This document shows positions 54,348-64,000 of a stretch of 64,000 nt of DNA, piece by piece; position 1 is the stretch's first letter; each line of letters opens with the position of its first letter. Source of the stretch: Trypanosoma brucei (Eukaryota); assembly GCA_000002445.1 (NCBI GenBank), contig CH464491.1, positions 1,536,001 to 1,600,000 of the forward strand, given 5' to 3'. A model generated the notes under the pieces. The model did not search any database. It had not been told where the DNA came from and worked only from the letters and a program-made list of their open reading frames with translations. Made by a program: the position numbers and the translations under genes.

Positions 54348-55619
54348 ATGTTTTTTGTGACGTCAATAGTTCGCATGACAGTTCATGCACCCCGAGGTAT
54401 CCCGTTTCAAATAACCACGGGGGACGCTGTCAAATCTGTACAAAAAAAATACCACAAGCCTTTTTTTGGCGTCAGCATGGAATACTTGCAGTTAGGGCCA
54501 CCTTCAGCAGAGTTTCTCCCCTTTTACTTCTGTGAAGGAAGTATAAAAGGTACCTTTCGTGGTGTTGTGAGCTACAGAGACGCAGAAGGCGGTGCTAAAA
54601 ACAATGCAGGAATATCCGGTAATAGTGGAATGAGACAGGTAGTAACGGCGCCACAGCCCTTACAAAGTTCCTTTGGTCCGCACCAAACACAGATTTATGC
54701 CGGGTATAAATATAATTTACATTATGTTCAGGGTGTTTTGTGTAGTGAAACAAATCCTCTGCAGCTCCGTAACATGTCTTCTGTGAATGTAGAAGGAGCT
54801 ACTATAAATCTTTTTGAGCAGTCCACCCGAACGCTCAGGGTTTTTGTAGAACAAGAGGTGCGGAGGCAGGCGACAGAAACCGCATGCGCCATGATTAGTT
54901 CATATCATCCCAGTGCTTCAAACATTGTTGTAGAATTTATTGAGTTAAACATACATATCGACGACGTAATACCAGTTTTCATGCCGTGTTATGTGGTGAA
55001 GGCTTGTTATGACCAACAAGAGTATACGTTGTACGTTAACGGTGCCAGCGGACAAGTGACCGGACCTTTTTTAATAAACTCACTTTACGCAGGCCGTACG
55101 GCTGCAGTAGCCACAGCTCTTGTTACGTTGTGTCTAGCACCTAATAAGGGGGCGGGCTTCATTATGGGCTCTTTATTTGCTGTTCCCATGTATTACATCG
55201 CCTTCTACGCGGCGAGGTACTTTCCATTGTTGCGGCGTGACTACTCACGTAAACGACGGCAGAAACTGCGCGAGAAACATGAGAGTGACGACCGCAGTGG
55301 CTTTCGACCGGATATGAGTTCGAAACGTATCGATGAAGAATACAGTCGTTCATCTTACTGGGACACGCACGCTTATGAACAAAAATGGAGTCGAAAACAG
55401 GGGACTGTGAGAGATCCCCGCGGCTATTACGGGGCTCTTGGACTTAACGGAGGTGAATCGGTAAACGAAATCCGCTCAGCATACCGCAAGATTGTGCTCA
55501 CTGAACACCCAGACACCGGGGGTTCCACGGAGCGTATGACGAAAGTAAATGAGGCTTACCGTGTGTTACGTGACCCTAAAAAGCGGGAGGAGTACGATAG
55601 ATCAGGGTGCTACACATAA
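54348..55619 (+). CDS. Membrane-associated protein with a C-terminal DnaJ (J) domain. Track start is 54279 (non-ATG).
   Basis: The C-terminal YYGALGLNGGESVNEIRSAYRKIVLTEHPDTGGSTERMTKVNEAYRVLRDPKKREEYD is a canonical J domain with the HPD motif. Upstream hydrophobic segments are TAAVATALVTLCLAPNKGAGFIMGSLFAVPMYYIAFYAARYF. Confidence 0.7.
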   Translation: MFFVTSIVRMTVHAPRGIPFQITTGDAVKSVQKKYHKPFFGVSMEYLQLGPPSAEFLPFYFCEGSIKGTFRGVVSYRDAEGGAKNNAGISGNSGMRQVVTAPQPLQSSFGPHQTQIYAGYKYNLHYVQGVLCSETNPLQLRNMSSVNVEGATINLFEQSTRTLRVFVEQEVRRQATETACAMISSYHPSASNIVVEFIELNIHIDDVIPVFMPCYVVKACYDQQEYTLYVNGASGQVTGPFLINSLYAGRTAAVATALVTLCLAPNKGAGFIMGSLFAVPMYYIAFYAARYFPLLRRDYSRKRRQKLREKHESDDRSGFRPDMSSKRIDEEYSRSSYWDTHAYEQKWSRKQGTVRDPRGYYGALGLNGGESVNEIRSAYRKIVLTEHPDTGGSTERMTKVNEAYRVLRDPKKREEYDRSGCYT

Positions 55620-56411
55620 TCTACCACTAGAGTCGATGAACCTTTTTTTTTTCTGTTGCTGTTATGAAACTCCGGCAAATGTGCACCTCCTTTTCTCTCG
55701 GTCGTTCTCCCACATGAGTGTATGCATAGGCCAGGAGACTTTCTATTTATTATTATTTTTTTTGTTCATTTGCCAGCTTACAAGGAGAAGCGGGGCTCCG
55801 TGTGTTGACGCCGCAAATGGTGAACAAGAAGCATGCCTGTATCTCACAACTACGATGCCAGACCAATTGTTTCCACTATGAGTGTGTTTTCCTTTAATTT
55901 TCGATGCCACTCCCTTTGGGTGGCAGCCGTGCGTTTTCAGACGCTGGTATACGTAAGAGGAACGACTTCTGTTTGATATGTTGTACCATCGATACCTCAC
56001 TATTAAAGGGTGTGACATAACGGGAAGGGACTATGACATTCCTTACCTTCGGTACTCCCGAGCAGTTTTTTTTTAATCATCAATGAATAGTATGGTTATA
56101 TACATATATTCTGTGTGATTTCACGGCTGTATGTACGTGCGTGTGTGCATGTGTACATGGTCGCTCAACCTTTACAACACTTTTTTGTTACTTTCTCGGT
56201 AGCGGTCGCTTGGTGTTTCAACTTGATATTGAATTATCGTACGGCAAAGGTATGCAAAACGTTTTGTCAGTGTTAGTTTATTTTTCCTTTTCCCCCCTCG
56301 ACCGCCTTACTTTAACATCGAAAGGGGTAAATAGTAGTCGTTTTTTTTTTTTAAGAAAGTTACAGTAAAGACTAACAAGAACAAAAGGTTAAGGGAAGGG
56401 AAAGGGTCGTT

Positions 56412-57866
56412 ATGATGAATCGTAACGAGAACTCTGGCTGCAAGGCACTTTGGTCGAACACGCGCTTGGAGTGGTGTTATTGGTGTCATCTAATTCGGAG
56501 TTCCAAATGCAGCTTTGCCCTCTTTTTCGCCGTACTATGTGTTCTGGCCATCATTGTGGGAAATACTATTTTACTTCTAGGTGTAAACTTTTGGTTGGAT
56601 TTAATGGTAAAGGAATCCACTGAGGGTTTCACTCCAATTGCTGTTCAGGTAATTGTTTGTTTATTTCTTGTTTTATGCTTTGGTGTCCTCATTATAGTTT
56701 ATATTGCGGTGTACGGTATAAAACCACTTGTGAGAGCGTTGTGTGACACAAACCGCGCGGGCAGCCCACTCTACCGCATGCTTCTCATATTTTCTTCCGG
56801 TGCGACAAATGGACTCTCGAGTGCTTTGGCCATTTATGCCATGACTTACACACCAGAATTTATGCAAGCCGTGCTTTTGAGTGTCATCCCCTTTTTTGCA
56901 CAGATTTGGACTTACGCATTAGTGCGGGAGGAGCGAGACAGGTGCTACTCGTCCATGACCCTCATTGGTTCGTTGGTGTTGTGCATAGCTGGTGTCCTTC
57001 TCGCATCTCTATCCTCCTTCTTTACCACTGACATGTCGACCAAAAAAGCCCCATGGGGTTGGGCTTTTGTGTACTTTTTGAGTTGTATTGTGTTTGGTTT
57101 GTGGTGCGTTGTGCAGAGGTTGTATTTTGACGCCATCATGATTAAAGGGACGAAACCTCAAGAAGGGGAACGTGAACCGCACCAACCACTGTCTCATCAG
57201 CACCCTGAAATTACAAACTCTGGTAGATATGAGGGCAGAGGTGGGCAGAGGTTGCCCGCTGAGGCCGCTGCCGCAGGAGTTGATGGGGTCACTCAGTCGA
57301 ACGAAGTCGAAGAGGTGGCATCGTCAGAAAATGCTGAGAATCCAATGCTGAACCGTGAGTGGGCGAAGCAGGACGAAAATGATTTAGCTGCCAAGGCGCT
57401 TGTTCTGTTCCTTGGGATCATTTTTCAGGCAATGGTTTCTTTTGCATTTGTCCCAATAGACGCCATTCCAGGGTTTGGTAACTCCAAGGATATGAAAGAA
57501 TCGTGGAAAAACTTCAGTGCTACCTTCGACTTCGTATTCGCCTCATGGTTTAATCTGCGATTTGGCTTACTTCATACCCTTGGGTTTCTAATGAGTTTTA
57601 TTGGTTGTGCATACCTAAATGAGAGATCTCCTCCGCTGGCCTCTGTTGTTCTCCAGTTGGCCGGCCCAATCACAAGTCTTGTGCTTATTATTATACCCGA
57701 ATGGGATGTATTTGGAGAGCATGGCATTTTGAGCCATAAGGCAAGTGGCGTGATTTTCTTAATTATCGCAGGTTGGGCGTACCATGTCTGGGAGGTTGCA
57801 TACCCAAATGCTTACAAAAGTGCTACGACAACAGCAGCAGTGATGCGAGGCACGGGAAATGTCTAA
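56412..57866 (+). CDS. Polytopic membrane protein of ~10 predicted TM helices, putative transporter (DMT/CRT-like; inference).
   Basis: 484-aa ORF with multiple 20-25-aa hydrophobic segments (ALFFAVLCVLAIIVGNTILLLGV; IAVQVIVCLFLVLCFGVLIIVYIAVYGI; LIGSLVLCIAGVLLASL; WAFVYFLSCIVFGLWCVV; LVLFLGIIFQAMVSFAFVPI; VVLQLAGPITSLVLIII; VIFLIIAGWAYHVW) and a hydrophilic central loop. Confidence 0.6.
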   Translation: MMNRNENSGCKALWSNTRLEWCYWCHLIRSSKCSFALFFAVLCVLAIIVGNTILLLGVNFWLDLMVKESTEGFTPIAVQVIVCLFLVLCFGVLIIVYIAVYGIKPLVRALCDTNRAGSPLYRMLLIFSSGATNGLSSALAIYAMTYTPEFMQAVLLSVIPFFAQIWTYALVREERDRCYSSMTLIGSLVLCIAGVLLASLSSFFTTDMSTKKAPWGWAFVYFLSCIVFGLWCVVQRLYFDAIMIKGTKPQEGEREPHQPLSHQHPEITNSGRYEGRGGQRLPAEAAAAGVDGVTQSNEVEEVASSENAENPMLNREWAKQDENDLAAKALVLFLGIIFQAMVSFAFVPIDAIPGFGNSKDMKESWKNFSATFDFVFASWFNLRFGLLHTLGFLMSFIGCAYLNERSPPLASVVLQLAGPITSLVLIIIPEWDVFGEHGILSHKASGVIFLIIAGWAYHVWEVAYPNAYKSATTTAAVMRGTGNV

Positions 57867-59340
57867 ACGCATTTCAAAAACCTCTATCGTTTCGTTATTG
57901 TTTCTATAATATTAATATAAATAATATATTTTTAAATATTTTTTTTTGTTTCTAGGGGGTATATTTGTTGACTTCGGACCATATTTTCGTAGTCACGAGT
58001 ACAATACGTTGCGAAAATAGCTTATTCCTTTATTCGTGAGTGAAGAAAAAAGAAGTGAGCAGTAAGGGAAATTAAAAGGAACGTATTGGTGAAGAGACGG
58101 GAGTGGGGGATTGAATGAGGATACGGAAGTGATGGCGTGACGTAACGTTTTAAAAAAAATAAAAAAAAGAACAAAAAATCGTGTAAAATCAGGGAGTCTT
58201 GGTAACAGAGAGAACAGTATGTTGCAGTGATGCATCAACAATTACTGAATTTATATCGGAGGCACGATCGACTCGAGTAGAATAGAGAAATGAAATATCT
58301 GAAAGGTATGTAATGAGATGAATATATTCATTTAAGGGTTTACTCCACCACATCTTCCACACTATACAAGATATGGTAAGGTGAGCTATCGTCCATTGTT
58401 TTAACTGTGTACAGAAACACATTTCCTCCACGGGTATGTCGGTGAAGGAGGTTATTTATTTATTTTTTCTTACTTTTTTTTTCATTTATTTACATGTTCC
58501 ATTACTTTTGTAAAGACGGGAAAACGTTTAGTTTTACACTTATGTGGTTGATGTCGGGAGACTCAGAGGCCGCGCATCGTTTTTGGATAGTCTTCTTTTT
58601 GCTGTCATCGGCACAATCCCATTTTGGTTTTCGAATTTTACAAATTCATACGTTTTTACACGGTTCCAAAACCAATTAAAGGGAGCTGATTGGTGGGGAC
58701 GTAATGATTCTTTTTTTGTTGTTGCCGCTATTTCTCTGTATGGCTGATAGATTATGGCCGCATGCACATTTATGCTAGCGCTCAACGGACGCAAAGGTCA
58801 TTTTTTTTTTTCAGCCGTTCAATTCTCGGAAAGGTTTATAATGACTGAGGAGTCGTTCCACCATGTCACATGTTGGCGCAAATGTCACTTGAAGATCTCT
58901 AAAAAGAAAAAAAAAGAAATTGACATTAAAAAAAATAAACAAGGTTGGCTCCTTCTTCTTAAGAAATGGAGTGATGAGGATGCTTCTTCGAAACCGTCGT
59001 GGCTCTCATTCACTTTGTGCAGTGTTTCGTACGGAGAAAAGCATACCAATTATCCAATTTTTTTTTTGTTCCACATTAAAGATCGTTTTTTTTTCTTTGA
59101 TGATTTTGAAGCCCACTATTGCTGCGTACTGAAGTCTAGGAAAACCATGTCTTCGTAGTAGCACAGGGCCATTCGCTAGTGTTTACAATTTTCTTTTTTT
59201 TTTATTTTACCCCAAGCTTGAGACAGAGAAAGAGCTGTAAACGTGCCGCACTTCACGTTACACAGAGGGGGATAGAATAAATGAATCTTTTAAAGATAAT
59301 ATGTGTATCCCGTGTACTTGTATTGCTGTATGAAGTGCTT

Positions 59341-59361
59341 TATATATATATATATATATAT
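59341..59361. repeat. (TA)10 microsatellite in the long intergenic region.
   Basis: Direct reading: tatatatatatatatatatat. Confidence 0.9.
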
Positions 59362-60507
59362 GTCTGCTCATTTTTTTTGGTTTTTCCCCCGTTCCTTAGG
59401 TGTATTCCTGTATATTCAAATTTCTCATAAGGTCTGTGGTGTGAGTGACTTCACCAAATATGATCTCTAGAGTCACATTCCTCTTGAATGTTTAAGTTGG
59501 GAAAGCTTTCTGATTTTACTGAACTGGCTCTAACTATCCGCATGAGGCACAATCTTGTCGTTTATATTACTTAAGAGGGCGCAAAAAGATGGGGAGGGGG
59601 GAAAAAAGACGAATGGACCGCCATCAGTGACCGCTGATTGGTAATTTTATGCCTTCAAAAATAACTAACCTCTTTTAAGGAGTTTCGGCCCCTTCGTCCG
59701 TTGCATCCGTACTAACGCATAGGCAATCCGTGGTTGCATGCATAAAGGGAAAGGGATGAATATGTGCTGTAAAATGTGTAATGCACAATCACATGCCCCA
59801 AAGATGCACAGTGGTATATTAGCGACAAATGAAAAAATATCTTTAAGAGGGTGCATCTAAATGACCTCCGAGAGACAAATCCCTTAGAAACTCCTTGTGG
59901 TGGAGACGGAATAATTGGCCTTTGTCGCTAAGAAAATATTTTTTTTTTCTCATCTTGGCGAGGGTTACTTTTTGTTACAACATTATGACAGGGAGTAGAA
60001 CTAGTAGGGAAGTTAACCATTTAAGGGACAACGAAACGGTTTATCTGCCCCTTGATGGGTGCTTTTCCTTTTGTTCTCATGAGCAGCAGCTTTTATATCT
60101 CCGTACGGAAATCAAAAGAGGCAGTGGAGACCAATGACAAGCTGAAAGGGGACACTACAGTGAACGCAAAGTTGCGTCGTTTCCTTCTTGCGAACATGTT
60201 TTTAAAAAATCAAACATATATCAATGTCATGCGCCGCATCTACGTATAATGAGTCGTCAGAATCTCTGTCTTACTCGCCTTCTCATCGGGTTGCATGATG
60301 ATTCTCACACTGTTTCTCGTTTAGTTTTAAATGACTACTTAACTATCGTCTGTCTATAATTTTTTTTCTTTTGAATATTTTTGATTACTGAATTCTTTTC
60401 AATGCCTTACACCTTATCTTTTTTATTCACCTCTCTTTTTCTTTCTTTCTTTCTTAAGTGGCGTGCGGGCTTCAATCGCAAACTGTGGGACTCTTTGAGC
60501 CCTTGAG

Positions 60508-63500
60508 ATGCTTGACCGCCGGCGGCCACGTGATGAAAACATCACCCCGAGTGACAACCCCCCATTTAAAGGCCTGTTGAGTATGAAGGCGCTGACCACG
60601 TCAATAGAAACTGGCGGATCCGCCGGTGATGACACGGAAGGTCGGATGACTGGAAATGAAAACGCAGAGTTTGCTTACGGTAGCGGTTTTTATCTTCAGG
60701 AGGAGTACCTTGAGCGTCTCCGGCGTCGTGGGCATAGACTCAATAACACGGAAACTGATAATTTTGGTGACGACGCAGACAACAACGATAGGAGTGAATT
60801 AAGTGGGAGCCGCAGAGATAGGACACAGCGAGGGGAGGCATCTGACGTTGAGCTTATTATGGACCATAATCTTCAACCACGTTTTTTCCGCCTTGGGAAT
60901 GACTTTCCGGCCGTTTCTGCGTCGTCCGTACTCGATGGGGAGGGTACAAATGAATCGATGTTGCCACTGAATGTTATCACTGCTCACGACACCGCAGGTG
61001 ATATTATCATTCCTGTTGTAAGTTCAAGTTGCAGAATGGCGCAACAAGCTCAAAAGGGAAGCACTTCGTTAGCTGCTTTGAAGCGTCAGCAGGAGTCTGA
61101 GCGCGCTACGCGGGAGGCGATGGACACCAGTAAATCACAGCTGACGCGATTGCTTCAAAAGGGGGAAATTGGCCAAGAGATTGAGGTTGTAGACCAGTCG
61201 CATAAGCCAAAGGGACTGGACAGTTGGTTGCTGGACTCCACGAGGGATACCGAAGAAGATCTGGAAGGCGAAGAAGAGATGCTGCGACGCAAAGTGCGAA
61301 GGGAGCGCATACGGCTGGAAAATTCGTTGAACCCGTCTTCTGCTAACGGAGCGATGACTGCGGAAACAGCAGCAAAAGAGGAGGAGCGGGATGTTCGGGA
61401 GAGGAATTATTTGGATGTGCAGCGGAGGCGACAGGAAAAGTTGGACCGCGTGAGAGACGCTAAGGAGAAGTGGGAACGTTCAACAAATGATGCTGAGGTA
61501 AGCGGAGCACGGCGTATTGCAATTCTTACAATACAACGTCAGCTTCCAATCTATCGATGCAAAGAGGAGCTGCTCAGATGCATCGGAGAGAATCCAGTTT
61601 CCATCGTAGTTGGCGAGACCGGAAGCGGGAAGACCACGCAACTCGTACAATACCTGTACCAACGTGGCTATACTCGTGGTGGAGGAATTATTGGATGTAC
61701 GCAACCGCGGAGACTTGCCGCCATAGGCGTTGCCCGTCGTGTAGCGGAGGAGATGGGTTGTGCGTTAGGTACTCGAGTGGGTTATGCTATCCACCTCGAT
61801 GACAACACTTCTGAGGACACTGAAGTGAAGTTTATGACGGACGGTGTGCTTCTACGAGAGATTGTTCGTGATCCGAACGTGGATAAATATAGTGTGATAG
61901 TACTTGACGAGGCTCATGAGCGGTCTGTTAACACGGACGTTTTGCTTGGTGTATTACAAGCGGCAGTCCGCCGTCGATCAGACCTGAAACTGGTAGTAAC
62001 ATCTGCCACGATGGATATCTTGAAATTTTCAAAGTTCTTTGGTAATGCGCCGTGTTATGAGATACCTGGCCAATCGTACGAGGTGGATGTGCAGTACGCG
62101 ACGGCCCCTATTGAAGATTACGTGTTGGAAGCGGTTTTCCGCGTGTGCCAATTACACATCCAAATGCCACTGGAAGGAAAACATGACATATTAGTTTTTA
62201 TGACGGGTCGTGATGACGTGCTTGGAGTGTGTTCACTTATCCTTCGTCGTCTTCAAGAAATGGATCCAAAGTGGCTCGATTCTCTTCTGTTACTACCGTG
62301 TTTGTCGGAGGCAGTTGGCGCAACGGCAACCGGTGTTCTTGATCCTACACCCAGCGGAATGAGAAAGTGTGTTGTTGCAACCAATGTTGCAGAGACATCC
62401 TTGACCATTGATGGTATACGCTATGTTGTGGATTGTGGGTTCATGAAAACAAATGTATTCCGACCCAAACTCGGGATGAATACACTGCAGCGGTATCCCA
62501 TCTCTCAGGCGCAAGCAAATCAACGAAAAGGTCGAGCGGGCCGAACGGCAGAAGGCATCTGCTATCGTTTATACACTGAAAGTCAGTTCAAACACGAAAT
62601 GCTTCTTAGTAGCGTTCCCGAAATTCAGCGGAGCAGTATTGATAGCGTGGTGCTTCTTCTTAAAAGTATTGGTGTGTCACGCTTGATTGATTTTGATTTC
62701 ATGGACCCACCCCCTGCCGCGAATATAAGACGCAGCATGTGGCAACTTTGGGTACTCGGGCTTCTGGATGATAACGGGAATATAACGGCAGACGGGAAGT
62801 GCGCTTTAGAATTTCCACTTGCGCCGACACTTGCTAAAGTACTTATAGAAAGTACGGTGCGCGAATGCTCGGTGGAGGCGGTGCGTGTGGTGTCGGTGAT
62901 TTCAGCTGATCCCAAAGGACTTTTTGAGCTTCCAAAGGGTAGCGAAGAGGCCGCACGGCAGCACCACAGTCGGTTTCATGTGAATGACTCAGATCACCTT
63001 GCATTACTTAACGTCCTCACACATTTCATAGAAAACGGAAAGTCACGCCAGTGGGCAAGGGACCACTTTCTGCATCTTCCCACACTACTCCGTGCATGCG
63101 AAGTTCAACAACAATTACTCGAACGTTTGCGTCAGTTGAAACGCCCTATTGTTTCATGCGGAGCGAAGGGACTTGATCGAGTTCGTCAGTGCGTGGCCTC
63201 AGGTTTTTGTCTCCTTTCAGCACGACGGTCGAGTACAAACTGGAGTGCCTACCGTCCTATGCTTAACGCGGGGGTGACGTGTTACGTGCATCCGTCCTCT
63301 GCAGTGTATGCACGCGCGGAGATGCCACTTTATGTGGTTTACCACGACCTCCTTCTCACAACTCGAGAGTATCTTGTGATTGTAACTGCTGTGGAACCCG
63401 AGTGGTTGGTTGAGGCTTCTCGGGGTGTATTCATTGTGAAAGGATCACCGAAGGGCCTAGTGACCTCAGCGGCCACTCCTTCGGGTACCGCAGTGGTAGA

Positions 63501-63648
63501 GAACAGGAGTGTAACAGGTCGCGTGGTATCGGAAACCTTGCAGAATCCATCACCCATTCCACAAGGATTATCAGTCCCACGTCCTCCGGTTCATCAACCG
63601 AAATCAAAGGGGGGAATGGTTCTTACAAGACGGCGAAACAACATCTGA
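60508..63648 (+). CDS. DEAH-box ATP-dependent RNA helicase of splicing type (Prp16/Prp22/DHX38-DHX8-like), with an acidic/Arg-rich N-terminal region and a ~90-aa C-terminal extension.
   Basis: Motif I is GETGSGKTTQLVQYLYQRGY...GCTQPRRLAAIGVARRVAEEMG, motif II is DEAHERS, motif III is SATMD, then FMTGRDD and QRKGRAGR, then HA2/OB-fold-like C-terminal conservation (FMDPPP, VEPEWLVEAS). Confidence 0.9.
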   Translation: MLDRRRPRDENITPSDNPPFKGLLSMKALTTSIETGGSAGDDTEGRMTGNENAEFAYGSGFYLQEEYLERLRRRGHRLNNTETDNFGDDADNNDRSELSGSRRDRTQRGEASDVELIMDHNLQPRFFRLGNDFPAVSASSVLDGEGTNESMLPLNVITAHDTAGDIIIPVVSSSCRMAQQAQKGSTSLAALKRQQESERATREAMDTSKSQLTRLLQKGEIGQEIEVVDQSHKPKGLDSWLLDSTRDTEEDLEGEEEMLRRKVRRERIRLENSLNPSSANGAMTAETAAKEEERDVRERNYLDVQRRRQEKLDRVRDAKEKWERSTNDAEVSGARRIAILTIQRQLPIYRCKEELLRCIGENPVSIVVGETGSGKTTQLVQYLYQRGYTRGGGIIGCTQPRRLAAIGVARRVAEEMGCALGTRVGYAIHLDDNTSEDTEVKFMTDGVLLREIVRDPNVDKYSVIVLDEAHERSVNTDVLLGVLQAAVRRRSDLKLVVTSATMDILKFSKFFGNAPCYEIPGQSYEVDVQYATAPIEDYVLEAVFRVCQLHIQMPLEGKHDILVFMTGRDDVLGVCSLILRRLQEMDPKWLDSLLLLPCLSEAVGATATGVLDPTPSGMRKCVVATNVAETSLTIDGIRYVVDCGFMKTNVFRPKLGMNTLQRYPISQAQANQRKGRAGRTAEGICYRLYTESQFKHEMLLSSVPEIQRSSIDSVVLLLKSIGVSRLIDFDFMDPPPAANIRRSMWQLWVLGLLDDNGNITADGKCALEFPLAPTLAKVLIESTVRECSVEAVRVVSVISADPKGLFELPKGSEEAARQHHSRFHVNDSDHLALLNVLTHFIENGKSRQWARDHFLHLPTLLRACEVQQQLLERLRQLKRPIVSCGAKGLDRVRQCVASGFCLLSARRSSTNWSAYRPMLNAGVTCYVHPSSAVYARAEMPLYVVYHDLLLTTREYLVIVTAVEPEWLVEASRGVFIVKGSPKGLVTSAATPSGTAVVENRSVTGRVVSETLQNPSPIPQGLSVPRPPVHQPKSKGGMVLTRRRNNI

Positions 63649-64000
63649 GTATGAAACTTATAATAGCGTAGGTGTTTTGAAGCGACATTGTAGGTTTTTT
63701 ACAGGTTCTCACCTTCCTTCACCTCCTCAAAAGCTACGTCGTTAGTTTTGTATATCGATTTCATGCTTATTGGCGTTTTGGTGCAGCATGGGGAGGGAGC
63801 ACAAAAGGAAGCGGCTCACATAGTCGAGACGATCGGTGTTGTTTCTTCATATTTATTATCATTATCTCAGACAGTAAATCTACGTGTAAATCTGTATGTG
63901 GATATATTTGCCTAGCTCTTTTGTTACTACCCCTGTCTGCTTTTTTAAAATTTTTTGACGTGGTCTTTGCGGTAGGTAGGGGGGGGATCTGACTTTGGTA

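Noticed and set aside
58754-59158. A 134-aa + strand ORF in the long intergenic region.
   Set aside because: Its translation is dominated by poly-Phe and poly-Lys, arising from T- and A-homopolymer runs (FFFF, KKKKKE). There is no upstream polypyrimidine-AG context with a plausible ATG in good coding composition. It is most likely UTR sequence.

Overview
This window is a trypanosomatid nuclear chromosome segment, not a prokaryotic locus. The ORF at 7092..7844 translates to the well-known Trypanosoma brucei glycosomal triosephosphate isomerase, so I read the window as part of T. brucei chromosome 11 (assignment from memory, not a search). At least 25 intron-less protein-coding genes are recognised, all on the + strand with no strand switch, which is one directional polycistronic RNA pol II transcription unit. 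Intergenic regions are 0.4-2.6 kb and carry polypyrimidine tracts followed by AG (trans-splice acceptor signals) plus abundant microsatellites of (GT)n, (AC)n, (TC)n(TA)n, (TA)n and (TTG)n. Confidently recognisable products are: triosephosphate isomerase; MCM5; a family A (Pol I-like, exonuclease-less) DNA polymerase; an RFC1/Ctf18-like clamp-loader large subunit with a lysine/alanine-rich basic tail; the meiotic protein MND1 with a basic C-terminal extension; axonemal inner-arm dynein light chain p28; outer-arm dynein light chain LC1; an SNF2-family ATPase; a DEAH-box splicing-type helicase; a p24/emp24 cargo receptor; a class I methyltransferase; a DUF547 protein; a C-terminal J-domain membrane protein; and a polytopic membrane protein. 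Several are conserved hypotheticals. I find no tRNA or rRNA, no CRISPR, no prokaryotic-style defence or operon system, and no retroposon such as ingi, RIME or SLACS. All minus-strand ORFs in the track look like frame artefacts of the GC-rich coding strand. Many track ORFs begin at TTG, GTG or CTG; I moved each start to the first in-frame ATG, since trypanosomes use ATG. A 1-nt inconsistency between the printed sequence and the track near 22561-22741 means ATG positions there are taken from the track, not the display. I found no convincing novel system, only the lineage-specific domain architectures and the local concentration of DNA-metabolism genes described in the findings.
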